A stretch of 40,027 bases of DNA from an uncultured Anaerolineae bacterium (GCA_965602565.1 CBFCZM010000001.1:1-40027); one strand, 5' to 3'; numbered from the stretch's first letter, positions 18,057 through 27,421 are shown. A program made the numbers and translations. The notes: a model not told the origin generated them from the sequence alone.

Positions 18057-20246
18057 TCAGTGTTCCGGCAGCGGCTCCATCGGCGCCATATGGCTCAGCA
18101 GCTTCTTCACGCCGATGCCATTGCCGAAAATCGCCGTCACCATCTCCTGTCGGCCTTCGTATTCGCTCTCGAGTACCATACCCTCACCATAGTACGTGTG
18201 CTTCACCCGCTGCCCGGTCTTGAAGCGCAGCTCAGGCAGGGGCTCAACCGTTCGCGGCTCACCCGACTGCGTTCCCCACGAGGATACCGACCAACTGGGC
18301 TTGGCGCCACGACGATTGCGGTCTTCCGGTTGCCTGAGTACCTCGTCGGGCAGATCCTTGAGGAACCGCGAGGGCGCAGAGGGCTCACTACCACGATACC
18401 CACGCCACCCACGACGGAAGGCATAGGTCAGATAGAGCCGCTCCTCCGCACGCGTCATCCCCACATACAGCAGGCGTCGCTCCTCAGCCACCTCCGACGG
18501 AGACTCGATAGAGCGGCTATGGGGCAGCAGCCCCTCCTCCAGGCCTGCCAGGAAGACGACACGATACTCCAACCCTTTGGCGCCGTGGAGCGTCAGCAGC
18601 GTGACTGCGTCGACCTCATCGGCCAACTCATCCACGTCTGCGACCAAAGCCACATCGGTGAGGAAGTCCACCAGAGAGACGGAGGGTGTTTCCGCCACAA
18701 CGGCGCGCAGCGCCATCACGTTTTCCCAGCGCGATTCCCCCCGATCGCTACCGTCACGCACATAGGACTCAAAATCGATATCCGCCAGCAGCCGGTCGAT
18801 AAGCCGTGCGACGCTGACCTCATCGCGCAGCACCGTCCACTGATGGGCCAATGTCGCAAAGGTGGTCAGCGCACGCTCGGCACGACCGCGCAACGTGCCG
18901 GAACGCACCAGCGACACCAATCCCTGATACAGGCTGGTTCCCAACCTCTGCGCTTCGGCAGCGACCTTGCCCACCGTCCCGGCGCCGATACCTCTGGGTG
19001 GCACATTGACCACCCGCATAAAGCTGACGTCGTCATCGGGGTTCTGCGTAAGCCGCAGGAATCCCAGGACGTCTTTGATCTCCTTACGCGAATAGAACCG
19101 TGTCGCCCCAATCAGACGATAAGGAACATTGCCACGGATGAAGCTCTCTTCAAGAGCGCGAGACTGCGCATTCGTCCGGTACATTACCGCAATATCGCTG
19201 TGTTTGTGGCCGGTACGCAGCAGTCGTTGGATCTCCCGCACGATGTAGTCGGCCTCTTCCTGTTCATCATAGGCCTCGTGGAGCGTCACCGGATATCCGC
19301 CGGACTTGGACGTGAAAAGATGCTTTGACGTCCGGTCAGGATTCTGAGCGATGATCGCCTGCGCCCCATCCAAGATGATCTGGCTGGAGCGATAGTTCTC
19401 CTCCAACAGGAATTCCTGTAGTTCCGTGAAATCCTCTCGCAGCCTCATAATATTGCGGCTATCCGCACCGCGCCACGAGTAAATCGACTGATCCTCATCA
19501 GCAACCACATAGAGGCTCTGATGCCCCAGGGCCAAATGCTTCAGGATCACATACTGTGCGACATTGGTGTCCTGGAACTCATCGACCAGGACATACCGGA
19601 AGCGATCCCGATACTGGTCGCGGAGCGTCTCATCTGTCCGGAGCAGTCGAGCGGTCTCCATTAGCAGATCATCGAAGTCCAGGCCGTCATTCTTCCGCAG
19701 ACTCTCCTGATACAACACGTAAGCGCGCACGACAATCTCATCGTAGTAGGTGCGCACCGGGTACTTCTCCGGCGTGAGGAGCTCATTCTTGGCACCGGAC
19801 ACGGCATTCAGAAGCGAACGAGGGCGATAGCGCTTGTCGTCCAGGCCCATATCAGCGACAACCTGCTTCATCACCGTCAACTGGTCATCGGTATCGAAGA
19901 TCAGATAGTTGGGCGACAGCCCCAATACCTCAGCCTCCCGTCTCAGAATACGCGCACACGCCGCGTGAAAAGTCCCCAAAGCCATCGGACGCGTCGACGT
20001 GTCCCCGAGCATACGGTCCAGCCGGTGTCGCATCTCGCGGGCAGCCTTGTTGGTGAACGTCACCGCAAGCACGTGCCAGGGAGCGACAGCCAGCTCTGAA
20101 AGCATCCACGCGATACGATGCGTCAGCACGCGGGTTTTCCCTGAGCCCGGGCCGGCAATCACCAGCGCCGGCCCCAGAGGAGCGGTCACAGCGGCCCGCT
20201 GTTGGGCGTTGAGCACACGAAGTAGAGGGTGGTTTCCGTATTCCAT
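18057..20246 (-). CDS. pcrA: ATP-dependent DNA helicase PcrA/UvrD (SF1A)
   Basis: Motif I VIAGPGSGKTRVLTHRIAW and motif II VLVDEFQDTN, with later helicase motifs (VGMTRAEERLYL). C-terminal Tudor-like GQRVKHTYYGEGMVLESE. Preferred start is the ATG at 20246 (MEYGNHPLL); the longest ORF starts at 20255. Confidence 0.9.
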   Translation of the reverse strand: MEYGNHPLLRVLNAQQRAAVTAPLGPALVIAGPGSGKTRVLTHRIAWMLSELAVAPWHVLAVTFTNKAAREMRHRLDRMLGDTSTRPMALGTFHAACARILRREAEVLGLSPNYLIFDTDDQLTVMKQVVADMGLDDKRYRPRSLLNAVSGAKNELLTPEKYPVRTYYDEIVVRAYVLYQESLRKNDGLDFDDLLMETARLLRTDETLRDQYRDRFRYVLVDEFQDTNVAQYVILKHLALGHQSLYVVADEDQSIYSWRGADSRNIMRLREDFTELQEFLLEENYRSSQIILDGAQAIIAQNPDRTSKHLFTSKSGGYPVTLHEAYDEQEEADYIVREIQRLLRTGHKHSDIAVMYRTNAQSRALEESFIRGNVPYRLIGATRFYSRKEIKDVLGFLRLTQNPDDDVSFMRVVNVPPRGIGAGTVGKVAAEAQRLGTSLYQGLVSLVRSGTLRGRAERALTTFATLAHQWTVLRDEVSVARLIDRLLADIDFESYVRDGSDRGESRWENVMALRAVVAETPSVSLVDFLTDVALVADVDELADEVDAVTLLTLHGAKGLEYRVVFLAGLEEGLLPHSRSIESPSEVAEERRLLYVGMTRAEERLYLTYAFRRGWRGYRGSEPSAPSRFLKDLPDEVLRQPEDRNRRGAKPSWSVSSWGTQSGEPRTVEPLPELRFKTGQRVKHTYYGEGMVLESEYEGRQEMVTAIFGNGIGVKKLLSHMAPMEPLPEH

Positions 20247-20253
20247 GCCCACC

Positions 20254-20281
20254 ATTGTAGCATAGCGGAGGGCCCGAGCAA
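20254..20281 (-). promoter_or_regulatory. Putative promoter giving a leaderless (or near-leaderless) pcrA mRNA
   Basis: On the minus strand: TTGCTC (20281-20276), 16 nt spacer, TGcTACAAT (-10 at 20259-20254), 7 nt, then the ATG at 20246. Confidence 0.4.
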
Positions 20282-20370
20282 CTGTCTGGCCGTTCAGAAC
20301 GCGGGCGAAGACCTGATTAGGCCTGTCGCCACGCCGCCGGAATAGCCCTCGACCATTCCAGAACGCCCCC

Positions 20371-22035
20371 TCAGCGCTTCCGCACGATGGACCATACGAC
20401 CCGCGCGCCGATCAACAACACCAGAATGAAGCTGAGGATGACAATAGTCTGCACAACCCAGTTGGTGTTCGTGACCACCGGAATGAGTCCGGCCAACCCT
20501 ATCGTCATGCCGGCGATGATCACGCTCAGCGCCAGTCGTGTGAACAGGCGATCCAAGGTCTCTAGGTTGGCCCGGTCAAAGGAGAGCGGTATCGGTTCTC
20601 GCTTCTCCAACCTGTCGATCAGCAGTTGCCCGGCGTGAGGGATTTCCTCAAACAGATCCCCCCACGCCAATCCCCGCCGGACCATGTCGGACAACCAATT
20701 CCGGTCGGGCAAGACTGCCCTCAGGATCAACTGGGTGACGTAAGGTCTGGAGAATTCGAAGATATCGAAATCCGGGGCCAGCGTCAGACCGATCCCTTCC
20801 ATCATCGCCAAGGTCTTTGCCAGCAGCCAGAAGTTGCTGGGCAGCTTCAGCCGGTGCTCGAAGACGACCGGCATAACGTCCTCCATAACCTCTTGGAGAT
20901 GCATCTCTCGCAGCTGCAGCCCACTATAGTGATGCAGCAGCCGCTCAATATCGCGGGTAAGGTTCTTCCGATCAACATCCACGGGAGCCGCCCCAATATG
21001 GATCAACTCCTCGGTCGCGCCTTTGGCGTTGAGTTGGACGGCCACATTGTAGAGGCGGATCAGATTGACACGGTCGGCGCGGCTGAGATAGCCCACCATG
21101 CCGAAGTCCATCGCGCCGATCACATTGTCCTGCATCACCATGAAGTTGCCTGGGTGTGGATCGGCGTGGAAGAACCCGTCCACCAGCACCTCTTGGATGA
21201 TCATCTTTGCGGCATTGGTGGCGATCGCCTGACGGTCATAGCCAGCAGCGTCAATCGCCGCGATCTGGTCAATCTTGATCCCCTCAATGTACTCCAGCAC
21301 CAGCACTCGCTTCGTCGTGGTGTCCCAGTACACCCACGGGATATGGACCCCCGGCACATCCTGGAAGTTCTTCCGGAAGCGATCAGCGTTCCGCCCTTCC
21401 GAGACGTAGTCGAGTTCGCTGTTGACCGTATCGGCAAAATCCTCGGCGATCTCGACAAGATCGTAAACCTTGCCCAGCGGCGTGTGGTTCTGCACATAAC
21501 GGGCGAGATCGTGGATAATCTCCAGATCCGTCTTCAGCGTACGCAGGATGTTCGGGCGCTGGACCTTGATCGCGACACGCTCGCGCGTCGATAGCTTCGC
21601 AAGATGGACCTGCGCCAGGGATGCCGAGGCCAAGGGCACCGTGTTTATCTCATCAAAGACATCCTCCAACGGAGCATCAAGCTCTTGCCGGAGGACGATC
21701 TCGATCTCTCCCCAGGCAACCGGCGGCACCTCATCCTGGAGTTTGGTGAGCTCGGCGATGTAGTCAGGGGGGAGCAGGTCGGGCCGCGTGCTCAGCACCT
21801 GCCCAAGTTTCACAAAGGCCGGGCCCAGCTCCTCAAGCGCCTGGCGGAAATGCAACGGAAGCGACGCAGGTTCCGGCTTAGGGAGAGGAGTGAGCTCACG
21901 AAGCCAGAAGGGCTCCGAAGGGAGCTGGGAGATCGCGAAACCGAATCCGTGGCGCGTGAAGACGGTCAGAATCCGCCGGTATCGCTGCAGATGCCGGATG
22001 GGACGCGTAATCGTAGGGAAATTGAAGACCGTCAA
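20371..22035 (-). CDS. ubiB: ABC1/UbiB-family atypical protein kinase
   Basis: ASASLAQVHLAKL...VAIKVQRP, HADPHPGNF and DFGMVG motifs, plus two C-terminal TM helices. TTG start at 22035 preceded by GGTGAGGG. Confidence 0.9.
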   Translation of the reverse strand: MTVFNFPTITRPIRHLQRYRRILTVFTRHGFGFAISQLPSEPFWLRELTPLPKPEPASLPLHFRQALEELGPAFVKLGQVLSTRPDLLPPDYIAELTKLQDEVPPVAWGEIEIVLRQELDAPLEDVFDEINTVPLASASLAQVHLAKLSTRERVAIKVQRPNILRTLKTDLEIIHDLARYVQNHTPLGKVYDLVEIAEDFADTVNSELDYVSEGRNADRFRKNFQDVPGVHIPWVYWDTTTKRVLVLEYIEGIKIDQIAAIDAAGYDRQAIATNAAKMIIQEVLVDGFFHADPHPGNFMVMQDNVIGAMDFGMVGYLSRADRVNLIRLYNVAVQLNAKGATEELIHIGAAPVDVDRKNLTRDIERLLHHYSGLQLREMHLQEVMEDVMPVVFEHRLKLPSNFWLLAKTLAMMEGIGLTLAPDFDIFEFSRPYVTQLILRAVLPDRNWLSDMVRRGLAWGDLFEEIPHAGQLLIDRLEKREPIPLSFDRANLETLDRLFTRLALSVIIAGMTIGLAGLIPVVTNTNWVVQTIVILSFILVLLIGARVVWSIVRKR

Positions 22036-22133
22036 ATGTCCTGACCCTCACCAAGCATATCTTGCAGAGGAAACTCACGAGCAGCCACGGGTTAGGTTCA
22101 CCTCAAACATTGTGGCACTGTTACGGTGTTTCG

Positions 22134-22898
22134 TCAAGCTTCAGGGCGACGCGCACCCGGATGACGGTACCCAAGAATCCGGTATTTCATCAGGGTCCAC
22201 AAGACCGTGAAGCCATCGCGCCAGGAGATCTTCTTCCCCTCTGTGAACTCGCGCCCGCTGTAGGAGATCGGCACCTCGTAGACGCGGTACCCGCACAACA
22301 GGATCTGCGCCGTGATCTCCGGATCAAACCCCCAGCCGCTCGCCTTGAGGTCAAGCTTGTCGGCCACCTCACGGGTGAAGACTTTGTAGCACGTCTCCAT
22401 ATCCGTCAGGATCGTGTTGTAGAGAAGATTTGTCACAAATGTGAGCCCGCGGTTCCCCAACATATGCCAGAAGAACATCGCCTTGGTTGGCCCTCCGCGA
22501 AATCGTGACCCATAGACCACCTGCACACGGCGCTCCAGAATCGGCTGTAGAAGCTTGACATAGTCGCGCGGATCGTATTCCAGATCGGCATCCTGTACCA
22601 AGCAGATATCCCCGGTCGTGGTCTCTAGCCCGGTCCTAACCGCTCCGCCCTTGCCCTGATTCTTCTCATGGAAGACGATCACCACGTCGGGTTCACCACG
22701 GAGGGTCTCCAGATAATCGCGCGAGCCATCGGTCGACCCATCGTCAACGATGACGATCTCGCGATCAAGATGCATCACAGCCTCATCAGCGTGGGCCGAC
22801 CAGACAGGGACGTCGAGATGAACCACTCGCACACGACTCACGATCTCTTCAATCGTCTCGATCTCGTTGTATACCGGTACAATCACTGATAGCTTCAC
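22134..22898 (-). CDS. Family-2 glycosyltransferase (polyprenol-phosphate sugar transferase-like)
   Basis: KLSVIVPVYNEIETIEEIV, VIVDDGSTDGS and QDADLEYDP motifs. Confidence 0.85.
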   Translation of the reverse strand: MKLSVIVPVYNEIETIEEIVSRVRVVHLDVPVWSAHADEAVMHLDREIVIVDDGSTDGSRDYLETLRGEPDVVIVFHEKNQGKGGAVRTGLETTTGDICLVQDADLEYDPRDYVKLLQPILERRVQVVYGSRFRGGPTKAMFFWHMLGNRGLTFVTNLLYNTILTDMETCYKVFTREVADKLDLKASGWGFDPEITAQILLCGYRVYEVPISYSGREFTEGKKISWRDGFTVLWTLMKYRILGYRHPGARRPEA

Positions 22899-22918
22899 AA
22901 GGTCCTCCCGAGTGAGAC

Positions 22919-23524
22919 CTACCTATGTCGCTGTGTACGCCGGCCCCGTGGCCACACATCAGCAAGTAGTACAGCGCGTTCACCGGCGCTGAGCTCCCGC
23001 CACCGGCCAGGAATCAGATCCGGCGTGAGTGCCACGCGGCCGATCCCCACCCGAACCAAACGCACCGTAGGGTGTCCCACCGCAGCCGTCATCCGCTTGA
23101 TCTGGCGGTTCATGCCCTCTCGAAGTCCGATGCGCAGCCAGGACGTCTTCTCCGGAGAGGGCAGCGGCTTGGGAAAGGGGGGAAGCGGCGGTTCACCGGC
23201 GAGAATCTCCACATCGGCCGGCAGAGTTCGGCCCAGCTTGATCTCCACGCCCTCGCGCAACAACGTCAGGACTTCGATCCCAGGCTGTCCCAAGACAAGT
23301 ACATCGTAGATCTTGGTGTGGTTGAAGTCAGGATGCGTAAGACGATGCAGCGTCTGCCCATCATTGGTCAGCAGCAGCAGCCCTTCACTATCCAGATCCA
23401 GCCGCCCCGCCGGCTGTAGATCAGCGGGAATGCCCATATCGATCAGATTCTCACGGCCCCCGGAGCTTCGCTGGCGGGTGCTCAATACCCCGAACGGCTT
23501 ATAGGCAATGACATAGCGATACAC
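22919..23524 (-). CDS. Pseudouridine synthase, RsuA/RluB/RluE family (no S4 domain)
   Basis: Catalytic-Asp motif AGRLDLDSEGLLLLTNDG and REGMNRQIKRM. About 200 aa. Confidence 0.85.
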   Translation of the reverse strand: MYRYVIAYKPFGVLSTRQRSSGGRENLIDMGIPADLQPAGRLDLDSEGLLLLTNDGQTLHRLTHPDFNHTKIYDVLVLGQPGIEVLTLLREGVEIKLGRTLPADVEILAGEPPLPPFPKPLPSPEKTSWLRIGLREGMNRQIKRMTAAVGHPTVRLVRVGIGRVALTPDLIPGRWRELSAGERAVLLADVWPRGRRTQRHR

Positions 23525-23527
23525 GAC

Positions 23528-24310
23528 TCACCGCCAGTCTCCCAGCGACCACCCCGCCAGCGGCTGTAGGAGATCATAGGCCGTGAAGTCCAAGTCGATG
23601 GGCGTCACCGAGATGTAGCCCTGTGCAGTCGCCGCGAAGTCGGTCCCATCCTCCATGATACCCGTAGGAGGATCGCCCCCAATCCAGTAGTAGGGTCTAC
23701 CAGAGGGATCCTCTCGCATAACCAGCACGTCGCGATACACCCGCCGCCCCATACGCGTCACGCGCACCCCTTGGATCTCGCAGGACCGCAGATTGGGCAC
23801 GTTAACGTTCAGAACAACGCCATCCGGCAAGCCCTGCCGGATCACAACTTGCGCCAGGTACACTGCGAAGTCAGCGGCAACTGAGTAGTCCGCGACAGTC
23901 TCGTAAGAGTCCAGAGAGATCGCAAAGGCCGGCATTCCTCCAATGGCACCTTCCATGGCAGCCGTCACCGTGCCGGAGTAGGTCAGGTCGTGGCCGAAAT
24001 TCCCACCGCGGTTGATGCCGGAAATCACCAGGTCCACCGGGTCGGGCACGACGCCCAGCAGCCCCAGGGCTATAGCGTCTGAGGGAGCGCCATCTGTCAC
24101 CAGGACCGGTGCCCCGCCGGCCAGCCTCCCCTCACGCACGCGCAGCGGCCGATGCATAGTCTTCACATGTCCAGATGCACTCCAGTTGCGGTCGGGAGCA
24201 ATCACCGTGACCCGGGCAACATCACCAAGGGCCGTCGCCAGCGCGTCGATGCCGGGCGCATCGACACCATCGTCATTTGTCACCAACAGGTGGGGCAGTC
24301 TAGCGCCCAT
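23528..24310 (-). CDS. surE: 5'/3'-nucleotidase SurE
   Basis: LLVTNDDGVDAPGI, SGINRGGNFG and YSGTVTAAMEG. The ATG at 24310 is preferred over the TTG at 24325. Confidence 0.9.
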   Translation of the reverse strand: MGARLPHLLVTNDDGVDAPGIDALATALGDVARVTVIAPDRNWSASGHVKTMHRPLRVREGRLAGGAPVLVTDGAPSDAIALGLLGVVPDPVDLVISGINRGGNFGHDLTYSGTVTAAMEGAIGGMPAFAISLDSYETVADYSVAADFAVYLAQVVIRQGLPDGVVLNVNVPNLRSCEIQGVRVTRMGRRVYRDVLVMREDPSGRPYYWIGGDPPTGIMEDGTDFAATAQGYISVTPIDLDFTAYDLLQPLAGWSLGDWR

Positions 24311-24505
24311 AGGCTGATACCCCAATTGGACAGACCATCAAGACACCATCCCCTCCAAACGACCTCATTAGCGCCGGGCATTATACTTGCTCAAACCAAC
24401 GTGGCAAGTCTCAGGTTTGGGTCGCCAAAACAACCCAAAACCGTGATTGTTGATTTCGCAAAGGTCAGTGTTGCTGACATCCCCACCAGGGTCAAGCATG
24501 TTTAC

Positions 24506-24534
24506 TTGTCGCGCATCAACATTAACTGTATAAT
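24506..24534 (+). promoter_or_regulatory. Sigma-A-type promoter for spoVS
   Basis: TTGTCG (24506-24511), 17 nt spacer, TGTATAAT (extended -10; TATAAT at 24529-24534), in an AT-richer 250-bp divergent intergenic region. Confidence 0.5.
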
Positions 24535-24576
24535 GAACTTGATTGGATGTCTGGTGCTGCACACAAGGAGGCTTAC

Positions 24577-24858
24577 ATGGAATTGGTCAAAGTCGCGGCT
24601 AACTCCCGCTCAACCTCCGTTGCAGGAGCCATCGCAGGAATCATCAGAGAAAGGGGGAGGGTCGATGTCCAGGCCATCGGAGCAGGTGCCGTCAACCAGG
24701 CAGTGAAGGCCATTGCCATTGCCCGAGGATACCTGGAACTTGAGAGCATCGAGATCGCCTGCATCCCAACATTCATCGAAGTACTCATCGATGGTAGGGA
24801 ACGCACAGCCATACGTCTGGCAGTCGAATCGGACTTCGCTAAGCAACCCCAGCTCTAG
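24577..24858 (+). CDS. spoVS: SpoVS family protein
   Basis: MELVKVAANSRSTSVAGAIAGIIRERGRVDVQAIGAGAVNQAVKAIAIARGYL is a near-textbook SpoVS sequence. AAGGAGG sits 6 nt upstream of the ATG at 24577. Confidence 0.9.
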   Translation: MELVKVAANSRSTSVAGAIAGIIRERGRVDVQAIGAGAVNQAVKAIAIARGYLELESIEIACIPTFIEVLIDGRERTAIRLAVESDFAKQPQL

Positions 24859-25847
24859 GCCACCTCTACCACCGGCATATCTAGCAGCAGGCTTTCCACT
24901 GATAGCTGCTTGTTTGCATTGGAGAGCAGCGCTGACTGCGCGTGTTCCAACGCGGACAACACCTGAACGGTCTGCTCCACATCCGTCGCGGAGGCGACTG
25001 CTTCCAGCGCCCGACGATGCTCAATGTGCATCAGCGCCGCGCCATTCTGTGAGTGGAGAAGCAGCACGTCGCGCCAGAACGTAAGCCAGTACTCCAGCGT
25101 CTCGGGTAAAGCATCGCTCTCACTCGCCAGCGCTTTGGCCGTCTCAAATCTCGTCGGAAGATCCTGTCCCAGAATCGCAATTAGCAGTTCCAGTGTGGAC
25201 TGCATCTGCTCATACGCCTCGGCCTGTGTCGCAGCGCGCACCGCCCATCCCATGCGACCACCGGAAATTCGGGCCAACCGCTCCGCTAGGCCGGGATCCA
25301 CCAGCCACTCTGAAACCAGTGCCTCGGCCACCAATCGGCTTGGTAACGGGCGAAGCACGATCTGCTGGGACCGCGAGACAATCGTGGGCGGCAAGACATC
25401 GGCATCGGTCGCCAGTAGGATGAGGTGCGCGTGGGAGGGCGGCTCCTCCAGCGTCTTGAGAAGTGCGTTGGCGGCCCCGGGCGTCGCACGCTCGAAATCG
25501 CTGATCAGCACAATCTTGCGCGGGCCTTCTCTGGGTGTTAGCACCAGAAAGCGCTCCACCTGGCGGATCTGATCGATCTTGAGGTGCAACGCGGAGCCCT
25601 CAGGTTCCACCACAACAAAGTCAGGGTGGTTGCCGGACCGCACTTTGCGACATGCCAGGCACGTGCCGCACGGTTTGTCATTAGCGGCCTGGCACAGCAT
25701 AGCCGCGACAAGTTGTTGCGCCAGCGTGTGCTTGCCCACGCTTTCAGGACCGGTGATCAGCAATGCATGGGGAACCTCATCCCGCGCCAGCGCCTGACGC
25801 AGCCCCTGCACCGCCCACTGATGCCCCACAACAGGCCAGGGTTTCAT
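24855..25847 (-). CDS. holB: DNA polymerase III delta' subunit
   Basis: HALLITGPESVGKHTLAQ P-loop-like motif, Zn module C..C..C (PCGTCLACRKVRSGNHPDF), and the SRS motif TIVSRSQ. Confidence 0.85.
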   Translation of the reverse strand: MKPWPVVGHQWAVQGLRQALARDEVPHALLITGPESVGKHTLAQQLVAAMLCQAANDKPCGTCLACRKVRSGNHPDFVVVEPEGSALHLKIDQIRQVERFLVLTPREGPRKIVLISDFERATPGAANALLKTLEEPPSHAHLILLATDADVLPPTIVSRSQQIVLRPLPSRLVAEALVSEWLVDPGLAERLARISGGRMGWAVRAATQAEAYEQMQSTLELLIAILGQDLPTRFETAKALASESDALPETLEYWLTFWRDVLLLHSQNGAALMHIEHRRALEAVASATDVEQTVQVLSALEHAQSALLSNANKQLSVESLLLDMPVVEVA

Positions 25848-26419
25848 AGGTCAGTCTCCCTCTGTCCCGCAGCCGCCCGGGCACACGCAGCGATAGCCTG
25901 ACCCGCTATCAACGCCGGCACGTCCTCACGGCTGTAAGGCGTGACGTGAACGACCGAGACCCCGGTGGCCGGCAACTCCGCCACAGCTTGCCGCACAAGC
26001 GACGGCCGCACGACCAGCACCGCAAACACGTAGGACTCGCGCGCCAAGAGAGCCAGCGCATCCACCCAGCCTTGCCGGTGTTTGAGCTCCAGCGGCCCCA
26101 CCTCGTCAAGGACAAAGACCTCTGTCGGAAAGCTGCCGGCTAGCGCACGGGCACTGCGTGTCATGGCCGCAGCATTCATCTTGAAGTGGCCTAGAGGCGA
26201 AGCAGATGGGGCATCAAATGGATCGGTCAGCTTGTACACTGACTCAGTATGCAGCTCCCTGACCTCCAAATCATGGGGCCCGGTGCGTTGGGTCAACAGC
26301 CCGGATACAGACACTCCGGCTTGACGGATTGTCGTCGATGCTCGCTTCAGAGCTGTAGTCTTGCCAGCCTGACGCTCGCCTGTTACCAGCATAATCCTCG
26401 GATCGGATGACACGCCCAA
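25844..26419 (-). CDS. Small P-loop NTPase (THEP1/DUF2478-like)
   Basis: Walker A MLVTGERQAGKTT and Walker B-like VFVLDEVGPLELKHRQGW. The stop overlaps the holB start (ATGA at 25844-25847). The start is ambiguous: TTG at 26419, GTG at 26413 or ATG at 26392. Confidence 0.7.
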   Translation of the reverse strand: MGVSSDPRIMLVTGERQAGKTTALKRASTTIRQAGVSVSGLLTQRTGPHDLEVRELHTESVYKLTDPFDAPSASPLGHFKMNAAAMTRSARALAGSFPTEVFVLDEVGPLELKHRQGWVDALALLARESYVFAVLVVRPSLVRQAVAELPATGVSVVHVTPYSREDVPALIAGQAIAACARAAAGQRETDL

Positions 26420-26561
26420 GATAGTTGGGGCCTCCTGAAGCCCGGTCAGATGATCACTTCACACAGGACACAGGACGAGAAGGGCAGGAATCCTCGACGC
26501 CTCCCTTTCCCAAATCCCCGTGTCGCCTTGGTGACCTGGCTCAGGTCCATTCTTATACAAG

Positions 26562-26589
26562 AAGGCCGGTTGGCAAACCAACCGGCCTT
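26562..26589 (-). terminator. Hairpin immediately 3' of ssrA
   Basis: Perfect 12-bp stem aaggccggttgg / ccaaccggcctt with a 4-nt loop, 2 nt after the tmRNA CCA end. The following T tract is weak (cttgtat). Confidence 0.5.
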
Positions 26590-26591
26590 GC

Positions 26592-26988
26592 TGGTGGAGA
26601 TGGCGGGAATCGAACCCGCGTCCGAAGAATTCGACGGTGAGCATCTACAAGCGTAGTCGGCGATTTTGGTTTCGCGCGGGGGTCGTTGCCGACCACGCCC
26701 ATCCGCGCTGAGCCGATTGGTCTTGGACTGGCCTATCGGCGTCTACCAGTCTGCACGCCTACTTTATTTCACCTGGCTCCACCACGTATGCGAGATGGTG
26801 AAGGGGCGTGGCCGGATACCCGGTCAGGTCTTGGGTCTAGTCACCTACTGCTTACGCAGCGACGGCGACCGGTGCCCAATTGTTTGCCATATTGTTGGCA
26901 GTTTAGGTTTGCTTCTGGGTTTACGGAGACGAAGCCTCCCCGGCTCGCAGCCCACGGCCAGCCTCCCCCGTCGAAACCGATCATCCCC
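26592..26988 (-). ncRNA. ssrA: tmRNA (SsrA)
   Basis: Minus strand starts GGGGATGATCGGTTTCGACGGGGG and ends GGGTTCGATTCCCGCCATCTCCACCA. The acceptor stem pairs with a G3-U wobble. The internal tag reading frame GCA AAC AAT TGG GCA CCG GTC GCC GTC GCT GCG TAA encodes ANNWAPVAVAA* (26852-26887). Confidence 0.9.
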
Positions 26989-26994
26989 ATCACT

Positions 26995-27022
26995 AGTATA
27001 GCAGAATCGGCGGAGACATCAA
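26995..27022 (-). promoter_or_regulatory. Putative ssrA promoter
   Basis: On the minus strand: TTGATG (27022-27017), 16 nt spacer, TGcTATACT (-10 at 27000-26995), then 6 nt to the tmRNA 5' G at 26988. Confidence 0.45.
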
Positions 27023-27052
27023 GGCAAGGATGATCTATGCTATAGTATAGCC

Positions 27053-27421
27053 ATGGACCGACTTACATTCCGACGCCTCGTCTCCGAGGCGATCGACGGG
27101 TTGCCGTCAGAGATCCGAGACCGGCTTGACAACGTCGACATCGTGGTCGAGGATTGGCCCAGCCGCGCGGTGTTGGTAAAGGCGGGACGGCAGCACCCGG
27201 CTCTGCTGCTGGGATTCTATGAGGGCGTTCCCCAGACGAGACGCACGCGTCACTATGAACTAGTATTACCCGACAAGATCACCATCTTCCAGCATCCCAT
27301 TGAACTGCAGGGCCAGACCCCGGCGGAAGTGCGCAACCTCGTGCAGCACGTGGTGCGCCACGAGATCGCGCACCACCTCGGAATCGACGATGCACGCCTC
27401 CAGGAACTGGGCGCCTACTAG
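27053..27421 (+). CDS. Small zincin metallopeptidase-family protein (DUF1025/Zincin_1-like)
   Basis: 122 aa with a C-terminal HEIAHHLG (HExxH) motif and the typical N-terminal FRRLVSEAIDGLP...LDNVDIVVED. Confidence 0.8.
   Translation: MDRLTFRRLVSEAIDGLPSEIRDRLDNVDIVVEDWPSRAVLVKAGRQHPALLLGFYEGVPQTRRTRHYELVLPDKITIFQHPIELQGQTPAEVRNLVQHVVRHEIAHHLGIDDARLQELGAY

Noticed and set aside
18057-20255. The UvrD-like helicase as part of a defence system (for example Gabija/Dnd-type), given the unknown genes downstream.
   Set aside because: It has the full PcrA/UvrD motif set and the housekeeping-type C-terminal Tudor domain, it is the only such helicase in the window, and there is no nuclease, ATPase partner or mobile context.
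24577-24858. spoVS plus the gerW-like genes as evidence that the organism is an endospore former.
   Set aside because: Both families are widespread outside Firmicutes, and no other sporulation genes (spo0A, sigE/F/G, spoIVA and so on) occur in the 40 kb.
24855-24858. The convergent spoVS and holB stop codons overlap in a palindromic CTAG.
   Set aside because: The overlap is real, but I treat it as a curiosity of tight packing and can support no functional claim.
26592-26625. tRNA-like T-arm/acceptor sequence (GGGTTCGATTCCCGCC...CCA).
   Set aside because: It is the 3' tRNA-like domain of the tmRNA, not a separate tRNA. The matching 5' half lies 397 nt away, with a tag ORF in between.
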